Shown: in pieces, positions 18,933-28,646 of the stretch | Position numbering within the stretch: the stretch's first letter is position 1 | Layout of the letters: every line of letters starts with the position of its first letter | Assembly: GCA_965222225.1 (NCBI GenBank) | Contig: CBDCTK010000002.1 | Coordinates: 448,001 to 512,000 of the forward strand | DNA: 64,000 nucleotides | Source of the DNA: Candidatus Poribacteria bacterium | Lineage (GTDB): Bacteria; Poribacteria; WGA-4E; JAJDTR01 | Reading direction: 5' to 3' | Translations under genes and position numbers: made by a program | The notes under the pieces: model-generated | The model's input: the letters and a program-made list of their open reading frames with translations, nothing else | Told to the model about the DNA's origin: nothing | Database searches by the model: none

Positions 18933-19171
18933 GCACTTGGGACAGGAAGGGTAATCGTTTAGCAACTTTGAAGTGACGGGGGAGTGAGCGGAAAGCTAGG
19001 TGACGGCGTGATATGGGGCAGGAGAGAGAAGTCCGGTCGAGGGATAAGAGTTGGAGGTGATGGGACGGATCAGGGCCGTCCCTTACATGGACCGGTGCGT
19101 ATTACTAAAGGGACATCAGGAATCCGATGATTGGCAATCCTGCCTCTATGCAGGATTGCGCTCCCCCGAAA

Positions 19172-20266
19172 CTAATCATTCCCAGAGGCAGAAGGAAACT
19201 TCTCAAAGTAGCCATTTTCTTTCGCCCACATCTTTAGTTTCTTCCAACGCCGGACTTTTATTTTGTACACCTTAGGGCACTCACGCCTGTAAGATTTGTA
19301 ATTCTTTTTTTGCTGTTTGAACCACCCTCGATAGCCCGATGGATGACACTTGATGAGAAGTTTTTCAAAATGCTCCTCTTGAACCCGTATTTGGTCCTGT
19401 GTTATATCTGGTAGGTCATTTATCTGTTGAGCTATCCGGCTTGCGTCCAGATCAGCGTCACTAATCGTTTGCAATGTTTCTAAAATCCCTTTGTCAAGAA
19501 ATTTCCTGACGCGTTCTACGTCATTTGACCGCAATAATCCGCCGATCGGAGGATTTAACCCAAATTTGCCAAACAAATTGATGTCTTGAAGTCCAACCGG
19601 ATATTGAAGAATATGGATTGTGATGACAATTTTCACAACGCGTTCCATAAAGTCAAGCCATCTGCGGATTGACTCACCATTAAACCTGTTAAAATTTCCT
19701 CTTGAAAGTTCCGTGCTGGAGAAACTTATACCTTTTGTGTGTGAAAAATCGCATAATTCGTGGTAAAGATCCCTTATCGGCGTAAAGATGTTATGTTCTT
19801 CATCAAACGCAACAATTTGTTTATTTTTCTTCAGTTCCTCAATAACTTTGCTGTGAAACGGAGTTTGTTCGTTTGAGGATAGCCATTTTGGTATGTTGAT
19901 GTGGCTATTTCCATCTATATCCCAATAAACCGAAAGTAAGCCGAGTTCCAGCACGTTTCTCAGTGCAATAATGGCGTGTTTATAAAATCCCAATTTACAA
20001 AGCTGGATAGAACTTTCAAGTTCATATCCACATTCACTAATTGGGAAAACATGACCGGAAGTTGCTTTTTCCAATGTTTGTGGAATTAAATCGATCATAG
20101 CTCGGTATACCCACAATATTTCGTTAATCTTGTTTACTATTCCCTCATTGTCTTGCAGGTAAGCGTTCGTCAATTCTCGAATTTCAAGAATGTCGCGATC
20201 AGATTGTCCGGTATGTAAAAAGCGACTAGGTGTGACCTTCTTAGGCCAATTGAGGGGGTTCTTCAT
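19172..20266 (-). CDS. low-GC hypothetical protein, possibly HEPN-like
   Basis: GFYKHAIIALRNVLE and LYHELCDFSH motifs. Confidence 0.65.
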   Translation of the reverse strand: MKNPLNWPKKVTPSRFLHTGQSDRDILEIRELTNAYLQDNEGIVNKINEILWVYRAMIDLIPQTLEKATSGHVFPISECGYELESSIQLCKLGFYKHAIIALRNVLELGLLSVYWDIDGNSHINIPKWLSSNEQTPFHSKVIEELKKNKQIVAFDEEHNIFTPIRDLYHELCDFSHTKGISFSSTELSRGNFNRFNGESIRRWLDFMERVVKIVITIHILQYPVGLQDINLFGKFGLNPPIGGLLRSNDVERVRKFLDKGILETLQTISDADLDASRIAQQINDLPDITQDQIRVQEEHFEKLLIKCHPSGYRGWFKQQKKNYKSYRRECPKVYKIKVRRWKKLKMWAKENGYFEKFPSASGND

Positions 20267-20351
20267 GGTAATCACCTTCATTTCTGGCGAAGAGCCTAGT
20301 AGAAACGGAGAAGGCAAAGTTATTTTTGAGCAATCGCATGCTATTGTCCGT

Positions 20352-20399
20352 CGCCCTGCAGGGGCGTTTAGAGGCTGGTGCGCGGTGCGCACCCTACAA
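20352..20399 (-). repeat. GTAG-family REP-like element
   Basis: Minus strand TGTAGGGTGCGCACCGCGCACC; related REP-like ends near 7500, 19065, 29900, 36530, 50040. Confidence 0.7.
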
Positions 20400-20487
20400 G
20401 ATGGCGCATGGCTTCCATCTTAGTTTGATGATTGAGATTGGTCTCAATGCGGCTTGTATCACTACAGATGACTCTTCAAACAAGCTC

Positions 20488-20700
20488 TTAAGCCTTGAGA
20501 AATTCGCGCCAATCAATACCTAAGTTTCGGATGGCAGCACGTAGGGTTCCAATTTTCAAGTCGCGTCCGCCATGATCCGGGATAATCGCAGCCCCCCTCG
20601 GTGAGCGGGTTAGACCATTTTCGATGGGATCCGCGCATCTTCTGATTGTTTCGTGACAGCCGAGTGTTCTTAGCTTTCGTGCAACCTCTCGGTATTTGAC
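20488..20700 (-). pseudogene. hicA: HicA toxin, inactivated
   Basis: KYREVARKLRTLGC...IIPDHGGRDLKIGTLRAAIRNLG; the GSHRKW motif lies in a shifted frame; probable start mutated GTG>GTC. Confidence 0.8.
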
Positions 20701-21059
20701 AGAGCATGGGGTCTTGATTCTAGTCCGGACACTATCGCTTGAAACCAGAAATCGGGTAGGTCTTTGTCGAGAGAAGATTTCGATTCTAATCTGGGGGTCA
20801 TTGTTTGAAACCACGTTGTTTGAAAACACGGACGCTCAGTTTTTGTAGGCAACTCCTCGCTAGCAAGTTGAATGTCTTCGGGTAATGAACGCCCCAAATC
20901 TTCGTATAGTTCAAGTGTCGCAGTGAAGGCATCTAAGACATTGTTTAGTGCCTCGTCTACTGAATCACCTTCGGTTACGAGTTCGGGTAACTCCTCGCAT
21001 GTTACTGTATAACCGCCCTCGGGTTGCGGTGTTAGAATCACGGTTACCTTGTAATTCAC
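20670..21059 (-). CDS. hicB: HicB family antitoxin
   Basis: PQPEGGYTVTCEELPELVTEGDSVDEAL; GGAGG SD. Confidence 0.9.
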   Translation of the reverse strand: MNYKVTVILTPQPEGGYTVTCEELPELVTEGDSVDEALNNVLDAFTATLELYEDLGRSLPEDIQLASEELPTKTERPCFQTTWFQTMTPRLESKSSLDKDLPDFWFQAIVSGLESRPHALSNTERLHES

Positions 21060-21273
21060 TGCGATACCTCCGTTGTGGTGAGTAACGTCAGACTAGTTGT
21101 TTACCGGAGTCACCAGATAACACTAACAGTATAACTGTAGGGACTTAGTAGTTAACTGCTTTTTGGTCGATTTGCTTGCTTTTCTCTTCTTAATGTACAA
21201 TCATTTTAGACAGTGTTCGGAATCTTGATTCACACTAAAATACATCTCTATAAGAGAGAAATGGAGGCATATC

Positions 21274-21396
21274 ATGTTGACCAAGCGTTTGTACATGCTC
21301 GCGGGAGCATTGCGGGTTATCTGCGGGATTTTAATTTCCAACACTATGGGATTTTCAGCACACCATGATGTTGTCGTTGACAGAATATACCGATAG
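21274..21396 (+). CDS. putative 40-aa passenger peptide MLTKRLYMLAGALRVICGILISNTMGFSAHHDVVVDRIYR
   Basis: GGAGG SD; upstream TTGCTT...TACAAT; convergent with the transposase. Confidence 0.45.
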   Translation: MLTKRLYMLAGALRVICGILISNTMGFSAHHDVVVDRIYR

Positions 21397-21414
21397 CCAA
21401 ACAATTCATGTGGC

Positions 21415-22269
21415 TCAGGTGAAGCATTCATCAAAAAATCTTATGAAAATCTCATCATCTTTTCTGCGATTATATTTCCAGCAAGACTCCATGATATACA
21501 GTGGCAGCCACTTCTTGCTGTAGTGATGATGCGTTCCGTAGAATGACCTCTTGACACAAGCCCAAAACGACTCGATGGTGTTGGTGTGAGTTACGCCGTC
21601 CTCAGAAACATATCTCTCTTGGTGATGGATAACATGTCTTTCGATATCTTCGTCCAGACTATTGTAAGAGCGAAATTCATCAGTCATAAGAATAGACTCA
21701 TCGGGTGAGACATTGCTAAGGATGAATTCTCTGATATTTTCACCAGATAGAACCTTCATGAATTTAGCAACCACCCGACCGCCTCTCTCGACTACGCCGA
21801 TGACGGGAGATTTATTTGTGCCTCTACCTCTCTTAGATTTTGCTCTGGGTTTGCCGCCGACATAGGTTTCGTCCGCTTCAACTATCCCTTTCAGCAATTC
21901 ATCACTATCACTCATTTTCTCACGGAGGCGCATTGCCATATACCAAGCGGACTTTTGATTCATGTCCAAGTCACGAGCAAGCTGACAACTCGATATGCTT
22001 TTCTTGGCATTGGAAAGAATTGAGATAGCCAAAAACCATTTCTGGAGAGGTATCTTGGTACCATGGAAGATGGTTCCTGCTGTAGCCGAAAAGCTAGATT
22101 CACAATCGTAGCAATTCCAACCAGTAGTAATGTCGTTTTTGTTCTTGCGTCCAACTTTTTCACTGCCACAGTGGATACAGCAAACACCGTCCTTCCAACG
22201 TTTTTCCTCTATAAATCTGAGACAAGATTCTTGATTTGGAAACTCTTTCATAAGATTCAAAATGTCCAT
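21415..22269 (-). CDS. IS1595 family transposase
   Basis: CIHCG..CYDC; EADETY, TDE, HTNTIESFWACVKR. Confidence 0.97.
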   Translation of the reverse strand: MDILNLMKEFPNQESCLRFIEEKRWKDGVCCIHCGSEKVGRKNKNDITTGWNCYDCESSFSATAGTIFHGTKIPLQKWFLAISILSNAKKSISSCQLARDLDMNQKSAWYMAMRLREKMSDSDELLKGIVEADETYVGGKPRAKSKRGRGTNKSPVIGVVERGGRVVAKFMKVLSGENIREFILSNVSPDESILMTDEFRSYNSLDEDIERHVIHHQERYVSEDGVTHTNTIESFWACVKRSFYGTHHHYSKKWLPLYIMESCWKYNRRKDDEIFIRFFDECFT

Positions 22270-22880
22270 AGCAAACTCCTACGAGAAGAATAGTCACTAT
22301 GGACATCTACGTGTGACGAAAAGATTTACGACAGGGTACCAAGTTTTATGTTTGTCGTCAGTCTAAAAGCTACAAGCTACTAATTCCGTAACTGTATCTT
22401 GCAATAAAACGCAACGCGAACCAAAGGTGTTTCTCAGCCGATTGTTCCTTATGCAGGCTAACATGTTTTTACTCTTTATACCTTTGCTCGAAGTTCAGAG
22501 TTCATGCTCCTCATGCAGACAAACATGCCCGAAATCCATTGTTAATTTCGGTAGGAGGGTTACCCTATACCACACCTGGCGGCAAACGCCCCATTCACGG
22601 CGCGGGTTTTGGCGATCATTTCCCCAGAACAGGGTATTTGCACGGAATTTTGTCGTGTTTCCGCGGATTGCTAACATTGTGAATGAGAATAACGGTGAAC
22701 AAGTGCAGTCGGGGCACGAAATTTGGGCATTCGCGACTCCACGAAATGGCAGAATTTGAGAGGAACTGAGGTAGGATTTGGTCCGTGGCGATATGACATA
22801 GAACAAATCCAGTCGTAGCTTGCGATGAGAGGGGTCGTAGGTCGAATAAAGCCTTATTATTATTGCCAGCCAAAAGAGCA

Positions 22881-23712
22881 TTACTTCAACTGCTCGGCGA
22901 TTGGATCTATGTCCTCATCTGGTATCAAAGATAGTTTCATGAGATTGAAAAGATCTATGCCTAACCCATTGAGAACCATGCTCTTCGGGTTTAGATGGGT
23001 AGGAACGAACGCCTTAGTATCTCCAACGTCCAATTTTCCCTTGTGATAAATATATCCGCCGTGGAAGAGACTATGACATTCATGAAGTATTTGATACAGG
23101 GATTTATCTTGGATCCTCGGTTCCCTGTAATGTTGACCTCGAAGTTGGTATTTATCCTTCACATCGCAGAGCTTCAGGATGCATAGTTGTCGGTAGGTCA
23201 GTTGTTCGGCGACCTTAATGAGTTGATGTGCGTAGGGTAGGCTAATCTCCGAATCGAAGGGAATGCTTGAATACAAGAGTCCTAAGTGACGGATTTTCTT
23301 TTCTTCGGGTTCTCTCTGAGCTTTTAACAACACGCTCTCCAAAACTTCACCGGCGTCGGATCTACCACCTTGATTTTTGTCGAAGAAGCCATCGTCACGG
23401 AGTAATTCCCCGTTTTTCTGTCGCCGCTTAATTTCCGCAGTCGCAATGATTAGCGCGGCACCTACACGGATTTCTTCTCGGGGCCCCCAACTGGCGCGAT
23501 GAAATGTCCGTGCCAACATCTCGTAACACTATCTCAATACCCTTACTAGCAAGCCCTCCAATTGCTTTTGCCTCTGGTCCTTCTCCGAGGAGCAATGCGA
23601 CTGCTCCGCTCGTAACGGCGGCAGCGCTAGCGGCTAGAATCTCTGTACCGCGATCAATCAATCTTATGAGACCGTCTCTCGATTCTTTACCTTCTACAGT
23701 TTTTTTGGACAC
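22881..23712 (-). pseudogene. hypothetical protein split by a +1 frameshift in a G/C run (~23480-23490)
   Basis: ...DISSRQLG / PREEIRVGAAL... join if one base is removed. Confidence 0.75.
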
Positions 23713-23735
23713 GATTAAACGTCTATCCCTAGTTG

Positions 23736-23920
23736 TCATTCTTCGGCTTCATCAGATTTCAGGACGAAGATAGATGCTATAGCCAATCCGATGGTGACTA
23801 GGTTGACCACAGACCAGATTTCGCGGGTTGCGTGGACACGCAGAATGGGGTTGTAGATGGCGGCTGTGACGCCAAGCACCCAAACCCAGCCGTTTTTTAT
23901 AACCCCCATGCGTGAATGGC
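23736..23920 (-). pseudogene. DUF6804-like membrane protein remnant
   Basis: WVWVLGVTAAIYNPILRVHATREIWSVVN motif; no intact 5' end. Confidence 0.55.
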
Positions 23921-24344
23921 GAGATAGGCGAACGCGGCACAGCAAATCCAGCGCCTATGAGAAATCCCCACCACTCCGAATTAAAGGCTTCTTTCCCTAG
24001 GCCGAGCGTCACCAATTCAATGGCGGCTCCCGCCTGCGGCAATTGTCATTCGAGCCTGCAATGAAAGCGAAGCTTGTCTTAACTTCGCTTATTTGTGGTC
24101 TAAATTTCCGTTGGCACTTCATTTCTCGTCCACATTATACTATACATATGTATAGTTATTAGCCAAAAAGACACTGATTTGTGATTGAAATCCCCCCAAC
24201 TTTTAGACAAGCATGTAGGAGATTCAAGGAAAAGAACCCTACCAATTCGGTCGGGTTTAAATGCTTGATGATAAATCCAGCGCCGAATGTGTAAGTCACC
24301 CCGACAACGCCGAGCGAGAAAACCGACTCGTAGTTGCTGCCGCA

Positions 24345-25277
24345 TTACTCCGCTTTGCCTTGGTCCACGCCCGCATCGGCAGGCAGCGCCTTAACTCCAT
24401 TACCATTGCTTTCGCCCTGTGGCGCTTTCAAGGCAAGTGCTAGGCACTCCAAAACTCCAACCAGTTCCTTTGCCTCGCCGCCAAGCTCTAACTGCTCGGG
24501 TGCGTTCAACGCAAGCGTCAACCGCTCCAGCACGCCGACAAGCTGAGGCCCCGATAGACTCACAGGCATCGGTTGTTCAACCGCTGATAGCTTTCGCAGA
24601 CTCTCCAGCGTTTTGGTCAGCGCATTTGTCAGCATTTGAAATTCTTTAGGGGAATGCTCTTCCTTGTCCAAAGCACGGCTTATCCGCTCCGCATTCTTGG
24701 CTAAAAGCGCAACCTGCTCCACCTGGGAGGTGAACGGAATGTCACGGACCTGCCGCCTATACTCTTCCCGCGCTTCACGCCACACCGCACCGTACTTCGC
24801 TTCGGGCCATCGCGCCGAACCAGGCTTCAGATACGACAACCGATGGATCAAAATAGTTCGCACGTCTGCCACACCCACCGCGTCCTCTCGCGCCAGCCGA
24901 TTCATCGTACGGTCTTCCAATATTAACTCCCGAACCGCGTCGGCGGTAGATAACCCCCGCGCATGAGCGCGCACGACTAATCCCCGGTGCGCATCGGAGA
25001 TAAAGGACGATACGTATGCAGCCAATTCTTGGCGGATTATCTTCCTAATCTCATCTGCTAGGTGCTTCCCCATCAGGTGAAAGTTGGAGTCTACGGTTTC
25101 AGCCGCTGCCTCGACCGCATATCGCTGTACGCGCTCAATAACTGCCTCAACGCGTTCCTCCCCCTCCAACGTATCAAACAGTTTCTTTATGTCCAATTTT
25201 AGCTCCGGGCGCCCCTCGCCTATCATTCTGCCTTGGAGTGCGTTTTGAAGTGAAGTATTGGGTTTCTTTGTCGCCAT
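24345..25277 (-). CDS. helical hypothetical protein
   Basis: GGAGG SD, 310-aa ORF with coding-like composition. Confidence 0.75.
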   Translation of the reverse strand: MATKKPNTSLQNALQGRMIGEGRPELKLDIKKLFDTLEGEERVEAVIERVQRYAVEAAAETVDSNFHLMGKHLADEIRKIIRQELAAYVSSFISDAHRGLVVRAHARGLSTADAVRELILEDRTMNRLAREDAVGVADVRTILIHRLSYLKPGSARWPEAKYGAVWREAREEYRRQVRDIPFTSQVEQVALLAKNAERISRALDKEEHSPKEFQMLTNALTKTLESLRKLSAVEQPMPVSLSGPQLVGVLERLTLALNAPEQLELGGEAKELVGVLECLALALKAPQGESNGNGVKALPADAGVDQGKAE

Positions 25278-25552
25278 CGTTATCCTCCGTATTGTGCCAG
25301 AATAGCCTTGGCCATTGCCTCCGTTTCAGAGTATTATTCCGAGTACCCACCTCGTACAAACCGCCGAGAAATCAGTCCTGCCAAGGGTTTACGCCGTTTC
25401 CTGGCTTGCATCATCTCTCCCGTTTTCTCTGAAAACTCTGAAAATACATGATTACAATTGCTTCTGATAGCATGTTATCATTGCCACCGCGGTTTGGCAA
25501 CTTTTTCTCGGGTGCAATCCACGGCAATCGCGTCCGAATCTCGCGCTTTATG

Positions 25553-25668
25553 AAGCGTAGGTCAAGGACGGTCTTCCGTTCCACCGCGATCATTTGAGCA
25601 TCCTAGCGAAGATTGCTGAAAGACTTGGCGTTGAGACCTTTTGGAATGTGGATGAAACTGATAAATAG
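25553..25668 (+). pseudogene. second 3' gene remnant (paralog of 2693-2808)
   Basis: EA*VKDGLPFHRDHLSILAKIAERLGVETFWNVDETDK*. Confidence 0.65.
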
Positions 25669-25732
25669 TGGGAAAAGAGGCGCGGCAGCGCCTACTCTAT
25701 TCTCGTTTTCTGCCACTTAGAGGGAGCATGAT

Positions 25733-26863
25733 TTGAGCGCGATCGGTATAGCGGCAGCGCGCAAGAAATGCGCACGGAAGGTTCGGATATCCGGATTGCT
25801 GGCAAGTTTTATCGTTCTGTTCCTGATCAATTGTTCACGCGGCATCGGAGACGAAAATTTTATCCTGAACAACGGAATCGTTCAGGTATCGGTAGCTTCG
25901 AGCGGCGGCGGAATCACAGATTTTAGGTTTCTCGACCACGCAGTAAACCCTCTAAACTGGGAAATTGAGCGCGACCCCGCATCCACCGAAAAACCGTATT
26001 TGCGCGGGCATTTCCTCTGTTTGGATCGGTGGGGCGCTCCTTCGAACGCCGAGGCCGAAAACGGGATGACCTTCCACGGCGAGGCAGCTTATGCTTCATG
26101 GCGCCTCGTGGATCGAGGAGAATCAGCCGAAAGCCGTCAAGAGGCAGAGATGATTTGCGAGCTGCCGATTGCTCAAATGACGGTGCGGCGGGTGATGTGG
26201 CTTGAAGATAATCAAGCCGTGTTGGTCGTTCGTGAACACATCACGAATACGGGAACACTTGGGCGCATTTACAACATCGTTCAACATCCCTCAATTGCTC
26301 CTCCCTTCTTGGATTCCGCCACTATCGTTGACAGCAACGCACAATACGGCTTTGTCCAAGGAAGCGTGATGCCCGAATCGGTCGCTGCAGCAGACCTATG
26401 GCCAAACGTCATGATTGAAGGCGAACTAGTAGACTTGCGTCGATTTCAAAATGATGAAACTGGGACACGGTACAGTGATGTCAGCACTTTCATATTCGAC
26501 GATGCGCAAGAATACGGATGGGTTACCGCGTCTAGTCCTAACACCGGCCTTCTTCTCGGTTATCTGTGGCGAGTCGAAGCGTATCCGTGGCTTGCTATTT
26601 GGCGGGCGAGATCGAACGGACGGGTAGCGGCGAGGGGATTAGAATTCGGGACGACAGGTCTTCATCAACCGTATGCGGAGTTGGTGCGAGTAGGGCGGAT
26701 CTTGGGGAGGTCTATATACGAATACATTGACGCGAACGAAACTGTCGAGAAATCGTACATCGCTTTTCTTGTAAAGATACCGCACGAATTTCAAGGGATT
26801 GCGGAGATTAACTATAATGACGGTAGGTTGGAGCTAATCGAGCGTCGGTCTTATAATCGCTAG
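25733..26863 (+). CDS. hypothetical exported protein, galactose-mutarotase-like fold
   Basis: GHFLCLDRWG, FHGEA, NIVQHP, GLEFGT motifs. Confidence 0.7.
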   Translation: MSAIGIAAARKKCARKVRISGLLASFIVLFLINCSRGIGDENFILNNGIVQVSVASSGGGITDFRFLDHAVNPLNWEIERDPASTEKPYLRGHFLCLDRWGAPSNAEAENGMTFHGEAAYASWRLVDRGESAESRQEAEMICELPIAQMTVRRVMWLEDNQAVLVVREHITNTGTLGRIYNIVQHPSIAPPFLDSATIVDSNAQYGFVQGSVMPESVAAADLWPNVMIEGELVDLRRFQNDETGTRYSDVSTFIFDDAQEYGWVTASSPNTGLLLGYLWRVEAYPWLAIWRARSNGRVAARGLEFGTTGLHQPYAELVRVGRILGRSIYEYIDANETVEKSYIAFLVKIPHEFQGIAEINYNDGRLELIERRSYNR

Positions 26864-27013
26864 GTATACTCTATGGCGATAAGCGCCCAATTTTGATACA
26901 TCGCAATCCGGCTTTATTGTATCCTAGGTTCAGGGTAGTGAAGTTCACCGTGCGTCTCATGACTTATCAAGTTTCCGAGGAGGAGCAGAGAACTGATTTA
27001 CGCTGTCCCACCA

Positions 27014-27760
27014 CTAGCATTGCACGCCGTTAGCATTTGCTGCTGTTTGATAGCTTTCAATCACTCTTCCTGCCCCACGCAGTTTCTGAAAAAGCCTTTC
27101 ACTGATTTTTCCGCGGGGCAGGGGCAGTTGATCGATACCTATTCCATCTCGCCCATGGTCTTTGCCAGAACTATGGATGTAATTCCCCTCACCGATATAA
27201 AGCCCAACGTGCGTAGCTCGTTTTTCTGAGCCGAAAAATATTAGGTCTCCGGGTTCAAGCCCGTGGATATCAACAGGATGAACAAAGGCCTCTTGCTGAT
27301 AAGCGTCGCGAGGAACCCATATCCCTACCGAGTCAAACGCGGCTTGTACCAGTCCGGAACAGTCGTAATTTGGCCCAACCGTCCCGCCCCACTGGTAACG
27401 ATTGGGTTGTGCCATCGCGTCATTTGCAAACGAGATTACGTCTGGTAGCCGTGCGCTGATTTCTGCAGGGCTCAAATCTTGTGCCCGATATGGCTTATCC
27501 GCCAGTTTCAGTTGATTGGGGTCTTCAACCTTCAACCACCCCGGGTAGTCATCCTCACATAAACGCACTTCGACTGCTTGATGAGCATCGGCATTAACCA
27601 TACCCAATAAGATGCGGAGATGGCGATCAGCTCTTGCTTGAGTTGCCAATCGCGTACATTCAGGCGAATCATACAGGTTCAAATGAGTTAGAACTTGATA
27701 TTCCTCCGCGATAGGTTTAACGGCATCCTGATTATTCCCTGAGTTTCCTTGGTGACTCAT
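27014..27760 (-). CDS. NlpC/P60 (C40) peptidoglycan endopeptidase, cyanobacterial SH3b-type
   Basis: YQWGG...YDCSGL, PRDAYQQ, HVGLY, IHSSG. Confidence 0.92.
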   Translation of the reverse strand: MSHQGNSGNNQDAVKPIAEEYQVLTHLNLYDSPECTRLATQARADRHLRILLGMVNADAHQAVEVRLCEDDYPGWLKVEDPNQLKLADKPYRAQDLSPAEISARLPDVISFANDAMAQPNRYQWGGTVGPNYDCSGLVQAAFDSVGIWVPRDAYQQEAFVHPVDIHGLEPGDLIFFGSEKRATHVGLYIGEGNYIHSSGKDHGRDGIGIDQLPLPRGKISERLFQKLRGAGRVIESYQTAANANGVQC

Positions 27761-27781
27761 GGTTTTTGCCTAACTTCTGAA

Positions 27782-28585
27782 TTAATCGAGATTCGCCTCA
27801 TAGGCCTCAACTTCTCGGAAACGGGTTTTACCTCGAACTAACTTGCCCAACCGAGGTTTGCGGTTATTGTAGACTTCGACCGCATCGGCATCGGCGTAGC
27901 GCAAGAAAAGAAGCCGCCGGTCACGGTCTGATGTGTTCCCTAGCGATTTGTGGGGCATCCATCCGTGAAAGATTAGACTTTCACCTACTTTCATCGGTAT
28001 CGGGATAGCACTGGTTTCATCCACTTCAATGGAGACTTCTACCATCGCGTCCTTGGATTCGACAGTGAGTTGGTCGCTAACATCAATTTGCCCAAGGCGA
28101 TGTCCGCCGGGAATAATCCATAGACAACCGCTTTCCAAATCAGTGTCATTCAGTGCAGTGATACAGGTAATCGCCGTATAAGGATCGAGCTCGCCATAAC
28201 CGTTATCCTGATGCCATGGTGCCAGTTTGGTGTTGCCACGCAACTTAAAACTGAGTTGTGAGGTGACTCCCTTGAGATTCGGTCCCACCAGTTGCTCTGC
28301 CGCGTCAACGAATGGACCGTGGAAGTAGTAGCGTCGGATTAAGTTTGAACGTCGATGTATGTTTGTAAGTAATGAATTCTTCAACCATGTTTGGCTTTGG
28401 TCGAATTTTCGATTTTCCTCGTTCCACGCCTCCATTGCCTCTTCACGCATCTGTGCCAGTCCATGGTGGGTCAATAGACTGCCATAATAGATATATCCCT
28501 GATCCCGGAATGATTGTATTTGTTCATCGCTCAGACGACGAAAGATGAACAGTTTCTGGTCAGATTCTGCCCCGTATTCTGTCAT
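27782..28585 (-). CDS. phytanoyl-CoA dioxygenase (PhyH) family protein
   Basis: WHQD...H.S..N.S...R motif. Confidence 0.92.
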   Translation of the reverse strand: MTEYGAESDQKLFIFRRLSDEQIQSFRDQGYIYYGSLLTHHGLAQMREEAMEAWNEENRKFDQSQTWLKNSLLTNIHRRSNLIRRYYFHGPFVDAAEQLVGPNLKGVTSQLSFKLRGNTKLAPWHQDNGYGELDPYTAITCITALNDTDLESGCLWIIPGGHRLGQIDVSDQLTVESKDAMVEVSIEVDETSAIPIPMKVGESLIFHGWMPHKSLGNTSDRDRRLLFLRYADADAVEVYNNRKPRLGKLVRGKTRFREVEAYEANLD

Positions 28586-28646
28586 GCTCGTTGATGATCC
28601 TCCTTGCGTCCATTATCAAGGCTATTGTGCTCACATTCCGTCAAAT

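Larger units (their letters stand above)
21140..22388 (-). mobile_element. IS1595-family element, 1249 bp, with 8-bp TSD
   Basis: TSD TAACTGTA at 21132-21139 and 22389-22396; imperfect TIRs GGGACTTAGTAG.../...CTACTAATTCCG. Confidence 0.93.

Noticed and set aside
22427-22881. Overlapping short ORFs next to the second IS
   Set aside because: No SD or recognisable motifs; none can be supported.
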